Shown: positions 19,583 to 30,035 of the stretch, one piece after another
How the letters are laid out: every line of letters begins with the position of its first letter
Position numbering within the stretch: position 1 is the stretch's first letter
Origin: Candidatus Latescibacterota bacterium
GTDB taxonomy: Bacteria > Latescibacterota > UBA2968
Assembly: GCA_965116885.1 (NCBI GenBank)
Contig: OZ220741.1
Location: forward strand, 1,248,001-1,312,000
Reading direction: 5' to 3'
DNA: 64,000 bases
Translations under genes and position numbers: made by a program
Notes under the pieces: model-generated
What the model saw: only the letters and a program-made list of their open reading frames with translations
Told to the model about the DNA's origin: nothing
Database searches by the model: none

Positions 19583-20899
19583 CTAATCCATCAGCCTCAC
19601 ATTGTATTGTCTCGCAGAGGACTGGTATCCGCGATACAGACTCTCATCCAAAGGGTGCGGGGTATAAATATAGATCGCGGTCTCCCATGGATTGTACAGA
19701 ACCACCTCTTCCCGTTCGTCGCCACACACATCCGCTGGAATGCAGTGATACCAGGCCATGCGTCCAACGGGTTCGGGGGCCGGAAGACCCGGCAGTGAGA
19801 TAGAGACTCCTTCAAGAGGCTCCCAGAGCATTCCACCATTATACAGAAGTGCGGGCGCGTCCGCCCCATTCCAATACACAACCTCCATACCCGTATTGTT
19901 GGGCGAAGGATTGAGGCGGAAATCGTTGAGACAGATCCCCTTTGTATCAATGACCATAACATCCGTATTGTGTCCCAGATATCGAATCACCATCTGGGGA
20001 GCTGGATCATCTGCGCTAAATCGCGCCACCCTCACCTCCTGACCGTGGGGAACCTTCTCCTCACCGAGACGCAGAACCACATTTCCGCAATCATCCATCA
20101 CATGTCCAAAACCAGAGCAAATGGCGCGCATCTGCCCATTATCCCACTCCGCGATAGACACCGAATCCATATTCCATCCAAGTTGCCCTTCCCAGAGCAC
20201 CGTCCCATCGTAATCTAACAGAAAATACCCGCCATTGACCTCATCCCTGCCATCGCCGTCAATATCTCCGACCGAGGGAATGTACGCGGGACATCGGCTG
20301 TACTCGGTCCACTCAGTTTCATAGGTCCAGAGAACCTGAAGATCCTCATCAAAAGCAATAACCTTGCCCCCGAGCTTAATCACAAAATCTCGAGGCGTAT
20401 CGGTCCCCCGAAAATTGGCAATCATAATACGCTGATGCACCCAATTCGCCCCCCGTCCCCGACATGACCGCAACTCAGTGGGACTGGCCTCCTGTTTGAG
20501 ATCGCCATTCGCCCCGTCCCGAATCTGAACGACCACATTTGCCATCGAATCGGGATCGGCCTCAACCTCGGAATCGACAAAAAAGCAAATAACTTCCTCA
20601 GCACCATCGCCATCGATATCGCAAATAGCGACAGGACCGGGTCGGCTGGGCTGGACGCCGCCCTCTCCCACCTGCCACAAAACCTCACCATCCGCGGTAA
20701 AAGCACCGAGAAAACACGGTTTCATACCTCCACCGTCATGCGCATCGTCAACCGACCGGTACACCAGAAAATCCGCCCGACCATTTCCCTCGAGATCGCC
20801 TATCCGAATATCGCCTCCATAGGTACCCTCCTCTGCCGTGACGCAGAACTCAGGCGGAATCTCCACGCGCTTGTATAAAATAGGGCTGCCGTATTGCAT
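19583..20899 (-). CDS. FG-GAP/rhamnogalacturonan lyase (PL11)-like beta-propeller protein
   Basis: Repeated DxDGDGxxE Ca-binding loops; DVCGDEREEVV. Confidence 0.6.
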   Translation of the reverse strand: MQYGSPILYKRVEIPPEFCVTAEEGTYGGDIRIGDLEGNGRADFLVYRSVDDAHDGGGMKPCFLGAFTADGEVLWQVGEGGVQPSRPGPVAICDIDGDGAEEVICFFVDSEVEADPDSMANVVVQIRDGANGDLKQEASPTELRSCRGRGANWVHQRIMIANFRGTDTPRDFVIKLGGKVIAFDEDLQVLWTYETEWTEYSRCPAYIPSVGDIDGDGRDEVNGGYFLLDYDGTVLWEGQLGWNMDSVSIAEWDNGQMRAICSGFGHVMDDCGNVVLRLGEEKVPHGQEVRVARFSADDPAPQMVIRYLGHNTDVMVIDTKGICLNDFRLNPSPNNTGMEVVYWNGADAPALLYNGGMLWEPLEGVSISLPGLPAPEPVGRMAWYHCIPADVCGDEREEVVLYNPWETAIYIYTPHPLDESLYRGYQSSARQYNVRLMD

Positions 20900-21008
20900 C
20901 GGGTCGCTCCCCTCATCCTATGTGGTTTAATGAAAAACTCCTTGAACAAAGATACATCTCTAAGTAAGATAAAAAAGACCAAATAACCACATTGAGACCA
21001 TATATCCC

Positions 21009-23477
21009 ATGAAACAAACGCTCTACCTCGCAAAAAACTACCTCACCATCGCCATCCGCAACCTGCTGAGACATCCGGGCTATTCATTGATCAACCTGTC
21101 GGGATTGGCACTTGGAATGGCGTGTGCGGTATTGCTCGCGATCTACATCGCCTATGAACTGAGCTACGACCGGTTTCGCCCAGAAGTAGCGCGCACCTAC
21201 CGCGTCATGAAACAAACCCGCCATGCAAACGGGCGGATAGCGTGGAACACGGGGCAACAGGGACCACTGGCAACCGTACTGACCGAAGAGTTTCCACAAA
21301 TAGAAAACGCCACGCGCTTTTGGGCGGGTCTCAGATGGATAACCGCTGGGGAAAAATCATTTCAACAGATGTTCTGGCTAAGCGACCCCAACGTATTCGC
21401 ATTCTTCGGCATCCAAGTCCTGACAGGCGATCCCCAAACCGCATTACAAGACCCATTTTCAGTAGTTATAACAGAACCCATCGCCCGGAAATTTTTCGGA
21501 ACCACCGATCCAATCGGCAAAACAATCACAGTAGATCACAACCTGTTTGGCGGCACATATCAAATCACGGGCGTCATTCGGCAAGCACCCGACAACTCGC
21601 GGTTTCAATACGATTTCATCACTGCCACCATGTCACAGGGCGTTCGCCAGCGCAGATCGTGGGACCACTGGTTGCCGCCAGCGTACTCGCGCCCGGCAAA
21701 CACATACCTGCGCCTGAAACCCGGAGCCAACCCCGAAGACATCGCACAAAAATTGCCAGAACTCGTCGAACGCTACGCGGAAATCGCAGAAGACGAAAGC
21801 GAAACCGTGCGCTATTATCTCCATCCCATCTCGCGCATGCACCTGTATTCCAAAATCGATATGCCTGGATTTACCGGCGACGCGGGAAGACCCTACAAAG
21901 ACATACAGCAAATCTATCTGCTGGGACTCGTGGGATTCTTCATCCTCACAATAGCCTGTATCAACTTCATGAACCTCTCCACAGCCCGATCCGCCAGCCG
22001 CGCGAAAGAAGTAGGACTCCGAAAAGTCGTGGGCGCATATCGCTCGCACCTCATAAAGCAATTCTTAGGCGAATCCCTCCTCTTATCCGCCCTATCCGCC
22101 TGTATAGCACTCGGATTGGTATATCTCGCACTACCCCCATTCAGCGCATTTGTGCAAGAAAACCTCACCCTGAACAGCGGATTAATCCTCTGGATCCTGG
22201 GAATCACCCTGTTCGTCGGGCTATTATCCGGAAGCTATCCCGCACTCTACCTCTCTGCATTCGAACCCGCAACCGTATTGAAAGGCGGAGCAATCAAAGC
22301 CGGTTCGACCCCGGCCCGCGTGCGACAAGGACTCGTCGTACTGCAATTTGCCATTTCAATTATATTAATCATCGGAACCATCATTGTAGCCGATCAGATG
22401 CGATTGATCCGGAAAAAAGACCTGGGATTTAACAAAGATGAAGTCGTCGTCGCCTCAATCTTCCGGCAAGACCGATATCAGAGCAATGGCGGACAGTTGC
22501 AAAAGCGGTACCTTCAGGTCAAAGACGCATTCTCACAACACCCGAATATCTCAACCGTATCGGCAACATCGGATCTGCCGGGAAACAGCTGGCCTAACCG
22601 CGAGTGGTTCTTCCCAGAAGGCGACCTAAACCGGGGCGTTGAAGTGCGCGTATTTGGCGCAGACGAGGCATTTATAGGCTGCTACGACATCCCCCTGCTA
22701 TCCGGGCGAAATTACGACCGCACGTATGCAGAACGCGCGTGGGAAAGACGCGGCAAACCCGGCGAATTATTCGTCATAAACGAAACCGCAGTAAAAGTAT
22801 TTGGCTGGACAGACCCCATAGGAAAAGTGTTGAACTCACACGTTCGAAAAGGACATGTAATCGGCGTGGTCAAAGACTTTCACTATCGCCCCCTCTACGA
22901 AACCATCGAACCACTGGTCATCACAGCCGCGTGGTATCGCCTCAGCCACCTCTCCATGCGGATTCGGCCGCAAGAACTCTCGGAGACAATGGCATTTCTA
23001 CAACGCACCTGGTCGCAATTTCTCCCCACCCGCGCGCCCGAAATAGCCTTTGCGTCCGACCAATTAGAACGCTGGTATCGGGACGACCAGCGCACGGGAC
23101 AAATATTCACCGCGGCATTTGTCATCGCGATCTTTGTCGCGTGTCTGGGACTACTGGGACTGGCAGCCTTCACCGCAGAACAGCGCACAAAAGAAATAGG
23201 CATACGCAAAACAATGGGCGCATCCGTCTGGAACCTGGTAATCCTGCTGTGCAGAGACTTTGTCATCCTCGTCGGAATAGCAAATTTGATCGCCTATCCG
23301 ATTATTTATCTGGCAATGGATCGATGGTTGCAGCATTTTGCCTATCGGATAGAACTCAGCGCAACCCCATTCGTCCTGGGAAGCCTCTTGACATTGGGAA
23401 TCGCGCTATTAACCGTAAGCACGCAGGCGTGGAAAGCCGCCCGAATAAATCCCACTGAGACATTGCGATATGAGTAG
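21009..23477 (+). CDS. ABC transporter permease (MacB/FtsX, duplicated)
   Basis: NYLTIAIRNL, ACINFMNLSTARS..RAKEVGLRKVVGA, EQRTKEIGIRK, LRYE. Confidence 0.9.
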   Translation: MKQTLYLAKNYLTIAIRNLLRHPGYSLINLSGLALGMACAVLLAIYIAYELSYDRFRPEVARTYRVMKQTRHANGRIAWNTGQQGPLATVLTEEFPQIENATRFWAGLRWITAGEKSFQQMFWLSDPNVFAFFGIQVLTGDPQTALQDPFSVVITEPIARKFFGTTDPIGKTITVDHNLFGGTYQITGVIRQAPDNSRFQYDFITATMSQGVRQRRSWDHWLPPAYSRPANTYLRLKPGANPEDIAQKLPELVERYAEIAEDESETVRYYLHPISRMHLYSKIDMPGFTGDAGRPYKDIQQIYLLGLVGFFILTIACINFMNLSTARSASRAKEVGLRKVVGAYRSHLIKQFLGESLLLSALSACIALGLVYLALPPFSAFVQENLTLNSGLILWILGITLFVGLLSGSYPALYLSAFEPATVLKGGAIKAGSTPARVRQGLVVLQFAISIILIIGTIIVADQMRLIRKKDLGFNKDEVVVASIFRQDRYQSNGGQLQKRYLQVKDAFSQHPNISTVSATSDLPGNSWPNREWFFPEGDLNRGVEVRVFGADEAFIGCYDIPLLSGRNYDRTYAERAWERRGKPGELFVINETAVKVFGWTDPIGKVLNSHVRKGHVIGVVKDFHYRPLYETIEPLVITAAWYRLSHLSMRIRPQELSETMAFLQRTWSQFLPTRAPEIAFASDQLERWYRDDQRTGQIFTAAFVIAIFVACLGLLGLAAFTAEQRTKEIGIRKTMGASVWNLVILLCRDFVILVGIANLIAYPIIYLAMDRWLQHFAYRIELSATPFVLGSLLTLGIALLTVSTQAWKAARINPTETLRYE

Positions 23478-23504
23478 GTAGGGGCGGCGCCCCTGTGCCT
23501 GCCC
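23478..23504 (+). repeat. Single GTAG-type REP
   Basis: GTAGGGGCGGCGCCCCTGTGCCTGCCC, near reverse complement of the left arm at 15219. Confidence 0.75.
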
Positions 23505-23541
23505 GATCGTAAATTATTGCAAATTTATCAGGAATGATCCC

Positions 23542-26508
23542 ATGCAATACCACCTCGCACAAATAAAAGCATTCTGTGACGCGCATCCAATCGACGCAAA
23601 AGTCCTGATCGTCCCAACCATGACCACAGGGCACGACCTGACACTCGCACTTGCGGCAACGGGATATTCGTGGCTAAACTTACAAATCGAAACCCCGCGC
23701 AGCCTCGCGGAAAAAGATGCGGGAGCCCATCTCATTGAGGAAGGGTATTCGCGCATGGCGCAGGACTCGGACTTATTCTACCTGGACGAAATGATCCCCC
23801 GGGCCGTGCGCGAAATCGATGATGAGTACTTCGCACAACAGGCCACCGCGCTCGCGCGACCATTTCTGCGCACATTGCGCGTCCTGCGTGCAGCGGGATT
23901 GAAACCCGACTCGCTTACTGAGAAAGGCACGCGGCATCAGGTATTACAGCGGCTTTATCAGACGTATTGCGCGACATTTGAAAGAGATAAGATCTACGAC
24001 AACGCCGTATTATATCGACGTGCATTGAAACATCTAACACCTTCACAAAATACACACTACGCCATCCTCGACGAAACCCCATTACCCAAACTGGCATTCG
24101 ACTATCTCAGCGAAAAAACAAAGGGTTATATCTGCCGCATCGGGCGAGATAATATGGGTGTATCACCCCCGCCACACAGTGCAGCAAAACGCTTTGAAAA
24201 AGCGCTCTATCCCACTGCCACAGGCAAAATCGGAGTAGGCGGAAACATATCTAAATCAAGATTAAACCCCAGAGACAAATCTCAAATCCAACTGTGCGAA
24301 ACCCTGGGCACAGAAACAGAAATCAGCACCGTATTGCGCGACATAAGATCGGGATCCATACCCCTGGACACCGTCGAAATCGCATACACCTCAGAAGTGC
24401 CTTATGTGAGCCTGTTGTGCGATGCGGTTCAGCGATATGGGCTACCCGCCACTTATGCCGAAGGCATACCTGTTTCGACAACCCGAACCGGTCGCGCACT
24501 GGTGAATTTCTATCGGTGGGTAGGCGCGGGATACCCCGCTGACGAACTGGTAATGATGTGCCGCGCGGGCCTGATCACCTCCAAAAGCGCACCTGCAATT
24601 GCAACCATCCTCCAACACGCGCATATTGGCGAGGGCGAAGGTCCCCGGCACTATTTTACTGCCCTGAACCAGATAAAAGCCGACCTGCGCCATAGAGACA
24701 CCGAAAACTCGGAAACCGGCCATCGCGGATTGACCCTTGAAGAAATCGAAGCCGTTGAAGAAGAACTCAACCGCTTATTCGCTCTGATCCCCAGAGGACC
24801 TAATGTATCCCTCGACGCATTGGTCTATGCTGGCTTGCAATTTCTCGAACATTTTGGAAACGCCGAAGAAGAGGTCCTCACCGCAATCCGGGATCGCCTG
24901 CACCATGTGGCCCAATCAGTACACCGCAAAGCACCAGCACGCCGACTGGCAAACCGTCTATCTGAATTGATCACCAACCTCTCTTTTAAAGCCGAAGCAG
25001 CCAAACCCGGGCATCTGGCAATAGCCCCGCTTTCGCGCGCGGGATACACCAATCGCGCACATATTTACATCACGGGCATGGACGAAGCCACCTTCCCCGG
25101 TGGCGCAACAGAAGATCCAATATTATTAGATGGCGAGCGCTCGGGCGTATCCGGTGAACTGGAACTGCGCCGCACGCGACCCGCCGAGCAAGTGTGGCAT
25201 CTCATTCGCGTACTGGGCATGGCATATAGCAAAGTGACATTATTGTCCTGCCACCGCAGCCTATCCGATAGCAGGGAACGCTATCCCGCCGCACTCTTTC
25301 AGCAAGCAGCCGAACAGATGAACATCGCCCCTGTAATTGCACGCGCACTGCCCGACCAAGCTGCACAGACGCTGGACGATGCAGAGGCATTGCTGGCACA
25401 TTACCCCTCTGCCGATTACGAATCCGTTGTGAATCGGACATACCCCTATCTGGTCTCTGGACAAAAGGCGCGACGCGCGCGTGAATGGAGCGGATTGACG
25501 ACCTATGATGGATGGATAGGCGCGTCCACGCCAGAGTTGGCGATTACCGCACAGCACGGCATTATTTCACCCTCAAAATTGGAAATGCTCGCCCGATGTC
25601 CATACCGGTATTTTTTAAACCATGTGCTCGAAATTCAGCCCATAGAAAAAACTGAACCCGACCCCACGCGATGGCTTGATCCCCTGTCTTATGGCGCGCT
25701 ATTACACAGCTTATTCCACAAATTCATGCAACTCCTGAAAGCGCGAGGCGAACGCCCCGACCGCGAACGACACGGAACACTGATTCGTGAACTTCTGGAA
25801 CGAGAAATAGAAGCCAAAAAAGAAACCCATCCCGTTGAACACGAAGCGGCGTATCGCGCCGATGTCAAACGCCTATCGCACGCCGCGCAAGTATTTCTAT
25901 CCGTCGAGTCCGAGCAAAAAAACGCCGACCCCATCGGATTTGAAGTGAGCTTCGGATTTGGCGAATCGGGTGGGCTGAATAGCGAAGCACCCGTAACACT
26001 CGAACTCGCAGAAGATGTCGCATTTCGCATCCGCGGGCGCATTGATCGCGTCGATCGCGTTGAAAATAAAATAATAATCTGGGATTACAAAACCGGATCC
26101 ATGGCGCAATACGACGAACAGGACCTGCTCAAACGCGGCACGCATCTGCAATGGGCACTGTACGCTTATGCTCTGAATGTGATCTTGAGACAACAACGCG
26201 AACCTGCTCGCGTACAATTATCCGGTTACGTCTTTCCCGGCGACAGAGAACACGGGCGTCGGCTTGCAGAAACGCCGCCAGCACCCGAAACACTCGCCAA
26301 TGTGTTGCGCCCCCTGCTCGAACTGGTAGAGACCGGTGGCTTTTTTCACATACAAAAATCCCAGGAATGCGACTACTGCATCTACAACCGCGTCTGCAGC
26401 AAAGAACGCCTGGACGCCAACGCCCTCGCCGATGCGCGTGAAAAAATGGATGACGATCCCGACTTTGCGCCATTACTGGACAGCCTCAATCGCTGGATGG
26501 GAATATAG
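23542..26508 (+). CDS. addB: AddB/RexB-like subunit with a C-terminal PD-(D/E)XK nuclease and Fe-S cluster
   Basis: SPSKLE..ARCPYRYF, RGRIDRVD...DYKTG, LQ..LY, CDYCIYNRVC; adjacent to addA. Confidence 0.75.
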   Translation: MQYHLAQIKAFCDAHPIDAKVLIVPTMTTGHDLTLALAATGYSWLNLQIETPRSLAEKDAGAHLIEEGYSRMAQDSDLFYLDEMIPRAVREIDDEYFAQQATALARPFLRTLRVLRAAGLKPDSLTEKGTRHQVLQRLYQTYCATFERDKIYDNAVLYRRALKHLTPSQNTHYAILDETPLPKLAFDYLSEKTKGYICRIGRDNMGVSPPPHSAAKRFEKALYPTATGKIGVGGNISKSRLNPRDKSQIQLCETLGTETEISTVLRDIRSGSIPLDTVEIAYTSEVPYVSLLCDAVQRYGLPATYAEGIPVSTTRTGRALVNFYRWVGAGYPADELVMMCRAGLITSKSAPAIATILQHAHIGEGEGPRHYFTALNQIKADLRHRDTENSETGHRGLTLEEIEAVEEELNRLFALIPRGPNVSLDALVYAGLQFLEHFGNAEEEVLTAIRDRLHHVAQSVHRKAPARRLANRLSELITNLSFKAEAAKPGHLAIAPLSRAGYTNRAHIYITGMDEATFPGGATEDPILLDGERSGVSGELELRRTRPAEQVWHLIRVLGMAYSKVTLLSCHRSLSDSRERYPAALFQQAAEQMNIAPVIARALPDQAAQTLDDAEALLAHYPSADYESVVNRTYPYLVSGQKARRAREWSGLTTYDGWIGASTPELAITAQHGIISPSKLEMLARCPYRYFLNHVLEIQPIEKTEPDPTRWLDPLSYGALLHSLFHKFMQLLKARGERPDRERHGTLIRELLEREIEAKKETHPVEHEAAYRADVKRLSHAAQVFLSVESEQKNADPIGFEVSFGFGESGGLNSEAPVTLELAEDVAFRIRGRIDRVDRVENKIIIWDYKTGSMAQYDEQDLLKRGTHLQWALYAYALNVILRQQREPARVQLSGYVFPGDREHGRRLAETPPAPETLANVLRPLLELVETGGFFHIQKSQECDYCIYNRVCSKERLDANALADAREKMDDDPDFAPLLDSLNRWMGI

Positions 26509-26524
26509 GGGCTGGCTGACCACC

Positions 26525-26596
26525 GGGACGGCACAGGGGCCGTCCCCTACGGCGAATTTTCACATGTGTTGTAGGGGCGACCCCCTGTGGTCGCCC
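26525..26596. repeat. GTAG-type REP doublet, copy 2, between addB and addA
   Basis: GGGACGGCACAGGGGCCGTCCCCTAC-N20-GTAGGGGCGACCCCCTGTGGTCGCCC. Confidence 0.85.
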
Positions 26597-26619
26597 ACTG
26601 ACTACTGACTGCTAATCCT

Positions 26620-29600
26620 ATGAACCTTCGAGATCAACAAGCACGCGATAAAATATCCGAAGCACTGCATCGCAATATGATGGTGCTCGCAGGGGCCGGT
26701 GCGGGAAAAACCCATGCGCTGGTGCAGCGGATGGCGAACGCGGTGGAAAAAGGTGTCGTACCCGTAGATCAACTATCCGCCATCACCTTCACGCGCAAAG
26801 CAGCGGGTGAAATGCGTGGGCGCTTCTTCAGTGAATTAAAATCGCGCGCCCAAAACGCAGACGGTGAGGCATCGAAACGCATTCAAAACGCACTCGAAAA
26901 AGTAGATCAATGCTTTATTGGCACCATACACTCATTCTGCGGCCAGTTATTGCGCGAACGCCCCGTTGAAGCGGGCCTGCCACCCGACTTTTCAGAAGTC
27001 GAAGAGCGCGAAGAAGCCGTCAGGCGCCGCGAAGCGTGGGACGCATTTGTCCAACAAAGTTTTCTATCCGAAGACCCGCGACTCGTCAAATTTGAAGAAC
27101 TGGGTCTGCGCCCGGAAGACCTGTATGGATTCTTTCAAAGACGCTACCAGTTCAGCGATGTACCGCTCGTACCCAACTCAGTACAAAAACCCGATCTATC
27201 GACCGCAGTTTCAGAACTTGAATCCTTTCTGCAACACACAGGAGCCTTTATCCCCGATCCACTCCCCGGCAGACGCGATGCCCTCCAGACAGCATTGGTG
27301 CGCGCGCGATTATTCCTGTCGAACCGGGGGATTCAGTCCGACGCGGATCGCATCGAACTCCTGCAAATACTTTCCGGAAACCTCGGTGTCACCCTCAAAA
27401 GCTGGTCGCCCAACCAGGATTTTGCAAAGCACTTGCGGGACACCTTATTATCCGAATTTCAAACCGAAATACTCGACCCCACCCTCACCAAATGGCGGCA
27501 ATACATCTACCGATTCGCTGCCCCCTTTGTCGATGACGCAGTTGCAGAATACGCCAGAACCCGCCGCGAAACTGGCCGCCTCACATTCCAGGACCTGCTC
27601 GAACTCGCCGCGCGATTACTGCGCGATCATCCCGAAGTGCGCCGCCACTTTCAGGATCGCTATCACTGCCTATTCGTAGATGAATTTCAGGATACCGATC
27701 CCATCCAGGCCGAAATATTGCTGTATTTAACCGGCGAAAACCTGGAAGAGACCGATTGGCGCAAACTCACACCCCGCCCCGGCAGCTTATTTTTAGTAGG
27801 CGACGGCAAACAGTCTATCTATCGCTTTCGCCGTGCAGATGTCGAAACCTTTGACCTCGTCCGCAACCGCATTGACGATACCAATGGCGATATTGTCAGC
27901 CTGAACACGAACTTCCGCTCATTGGGCCACCTCTGTGATTGGATCAACGCGGCATTTGAACCCCTGTTCGCCGCGCATGAAAAACCTTATCAAACCGAAT
28001 TTGCTCCGCTATTCAAATACAGATCCGATGGCGAAAATATGGCAGTACACCGAATCTCAATCGACAAAGTCTATCGCAACAGCCGAAGCCAGATCGCAGA
28101 GGAAGACGCCAAGCGAATTGCAAACTTCATCGCAGCGGCCATAGAAGGCAAAACAGAATTTAATGGAGAAGCCGCCAACGCATCGCCGGGCGACTTTCTC
28201 ATCCTGACGCGCACCTCTGGCTATTTGTCTCATTACGCCCAGGCACTGGAGGAACGCGGCATTCCCTTTGAAATCACGGGTGGTGATCGCCTGGGCGAAG
28301 CAGACGTATTGCATACACTCGTGGATTTTTTAGAAACCGTTTATATGCCCGACAATCCGCTTCCGCTACTCGCCTATCTGCGGGGAGACCTCGTCGGCCT
28401 GGGAGATGATACCCTCTATGCGCTCAAACAAGCAGGCGGTGATTTCAACTGGACACGCGATTTGCCCAGAGGAATGGATCGAGAATTACACCAAACCTTC
28501 GAGCGCGCTTATGATCATCTCAAAAAAGCGTCGGAATGGTTGCAATCCCTATCGCCAGATACTGCCATAGCGCGCTGTGTAGAAAAACTCGGCCTCCTGC
28601 CTTTTGTGCGCACCCTGCCTATGGGAGAAACACATGCCGGCAATCTCATCCGCATCTTATCTCTCGTCCGCGAGTGGAGCGCTCAGGGAATGCACTGGGG
28701 ACAGGTAGTGAACGAACTGCGCGCCCTCATTGACGACAGAGACTACAAAATTGAACAAATGACCCTCCCCTCCGCACAGGAAGACATCGTGCGATTGATG
28801 AACCTGCACCAGGCTAAGGGATTACAGGGCAAAATCGTCTTCCTCGCCGACCCTTATGACACGAGTTACACGCGCTATGGTCCCGAATTTCACGTATCCC
28901 GCACCAGCGACGAACCCTTTTTGGCATTGCCCATTACAAAACCTCGCGGACCATATCAACGCGAGGTCGTCGCCGAGCCTGTGGGTTGGGAAGACGCCGA
29001 AACCGAAGAAACGCGATTTTTGCAAGGCGAAGAACTGCGATTGCTCTACGTAGCGGCAACGCGCGCAGAAAATTTGCTCGTAGTATCCACCTACGAGGAA
29101 AAACCCGACCATGGACCGTGGTCGCCCCTCTATCCCCATCTAAAAAACGTGCCCGAACTGGCGTACGACGACCATTCATCGCATCCCACCTCAGAAACGC
29201 CATCAACCAAAACGCCGTCTGTAGAATTGGAACGAGAGCAACGGAATCAAGTCTGGCAAGCTGTAAAAAAACAATCCTTTGAAGTAACACAGGTGACAGA
29301 TGATCGACCGGACATCACATATACGGACGAAAGGCGAACACCAGCGGGAAAAGGAGCAGCGTATGGCACCGTGATCCACCAGATATTCGACGACGCCATC
29401 AACAGGCGACTGCCCGCTGATCCCACACCTTATGTCGCGCATCTGCTACAGGAAGCGGGAGCAGACGCCGGGTTTCTATCGCACGCACTGGACGCCTTGC
29501 AGCACTTTCGCAACTCAGAAATATGGAAGGAAATACAGACTTCGGAAACCGTCTATACCGAAGTCTCCTTTGCCGTATCGCAAGCAGAGGACAACGCCAG

Positions 29601-29829
29601 CGAAATTATCCGCGGCATCATCGACCTGGTCTATCGCCTGCCCAAAGGATGGAAAATCGTCGATTACAAAACCAATGCAGTGAAAACCGACGAAGATGTA
29701 CGAGCACTGTGTGAACAAACAGCCGACCAGGTGAACACCTATGCGGAACACTGGGAGAAATTCACCGGTGAAACGGTTTGTGCAAAGGGTTTGTGGCTGA
29801 CCGAAAGATGTGTATTTTTAACCATTTAA
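26620..29829 (+). CDS. addA: AddA/RexA UvrD-type helicase-nuclease
   Basis: AGAGAGKT, TFTRKAA, VDEFQDT, VGDGKQSIYRFR, HQAKGL, YVAATRA, GIIDLV...DYKT. Confidence 0.85.
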   Translation: MNLRDQQARDKISEALHRNMMVLAGAGAGKTHALVQRMANAVEKGVVPVDQLSAITFTRKAAGEMRGRFFSELKSRAQNADGEASKRIQNALEKVDQCFIGTIHSFCGQLLRERPVEAGLPPDFSEVEEREEAVRRREAWDAFVQQSFLSEDPRLVKFEELGLRPEDLYGFFQRRYQFSDVPLVPNSVQKPDLSTAVSELESFLQHTGAFIPDPLPGRRDALQTALVRARLFLSNRGIQSDADRIELLQILSGNLGVTLKSWSPNQDFAKHLRDTLLSEFQTEILDPTLTKWRQYIYRFAAPFVDDAVAEYARTRRETGRLTFQDLLELAARLLRDHPEVRRHFQDRYHCLFVDEFQDTDPIQAEILLYLTGENLEETDWRKLTPRPGSLFLVGDGKQSIYRFRRADVETFDLVRNRIDDTNGDIVSLNTNFRSLGHLCDWINAAFEPLFAAHEKPYQTEFAPLFKYRSDGENMAVHRISIDKVYRNSRSQIAEEDAKRIANFIAAAIEGKTEFNGEAANASPGDFLILTRTSGYLSHYAQALEERGIPFEITGGDRLGEADVLHTLVDFLETVYMPDNPLPLLAYLRGDLVGLGDDTLYALKQAGGDFNWTRDLPRGMDRELHQTFERAYDHLKKASEWLQSLSPDTAIARCVEKLGLLPFVRTLPMGETHAGNLIRILSLVREWSAQGMHWGQVVNELRALIDDRDYKIEQMTLPSAQEDIVRLMNLHQAKGLQGKIVFLADPYDTSYTRYGPEFHVSRTSDEPFLALPITKPRGPYQREVVAEPVGWEDAETEETRFLQGEELRLLYVAATRAENLLVVSTYEEKPDHGPWSPLYPHLKNVPELAYDDHSSHPTSETPSTKTPSVELEREQRNQVWQAVKKQSFEVTQVTDDRPDITYTDERRTPAGKGAAYGTVIHQIFDDAINRRLPADPTPYVAHLLQEAGADAGFLSHALDALQHFRNSEIWKEIQTSETVYTEVSFAVSQAEDNASEIIRGIIDLVYRLPKGWKIVDYKTNAVKTDEDVRALCEQTADQVNTYAEHWEKFTGETVCAKGLWLTERCVFLTI

Positions 29830-29891
29830 GTTGTTGTTTTTTTTTCTGATAATTCTTTGGGACACAGAGGGTTTTAAGATAAAAAGTAAGG

Positions 29892-29920
29892 TTGACAAAA
29901 TCGTTAAAATTCAGTAAATT
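29892..29920 (+). promoter_or_regulatory. sigma70 promoter of the dnaN-recF-gyrBA operon
   Basis: TTGACA-17 bp-TAAATT. Confidence 0.6.
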
Positions 29921-30035
29921 ATGGTGTTTGTAATTGGGTAAAAAATCTATCGTTTTTCATCCCCCCAGAACACACTATTCCACGCTACAAAAAATCATTC
30001 ACAAAGAGCTTCACGCGCTTGGGAGAGACGCATTC

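Noticed and set aside
976..22432. Many long alternative-frame or antisense ORFs (e.g. 976..2151, 11356..12156, 12829..13830, 14224..15090, 21242..22432)
   Set aside because: They overlap well-supported genes, have low-complexity R/P/T/S-rich translations, and are explained by strong C/A skew depleting stop codons
23542..29829. Nuclease plus helicase pair as a novel defence system or Cas4-like locus
   Set aside because: Order, sizes and motifs fit the housekeeping AddAB recombination complex
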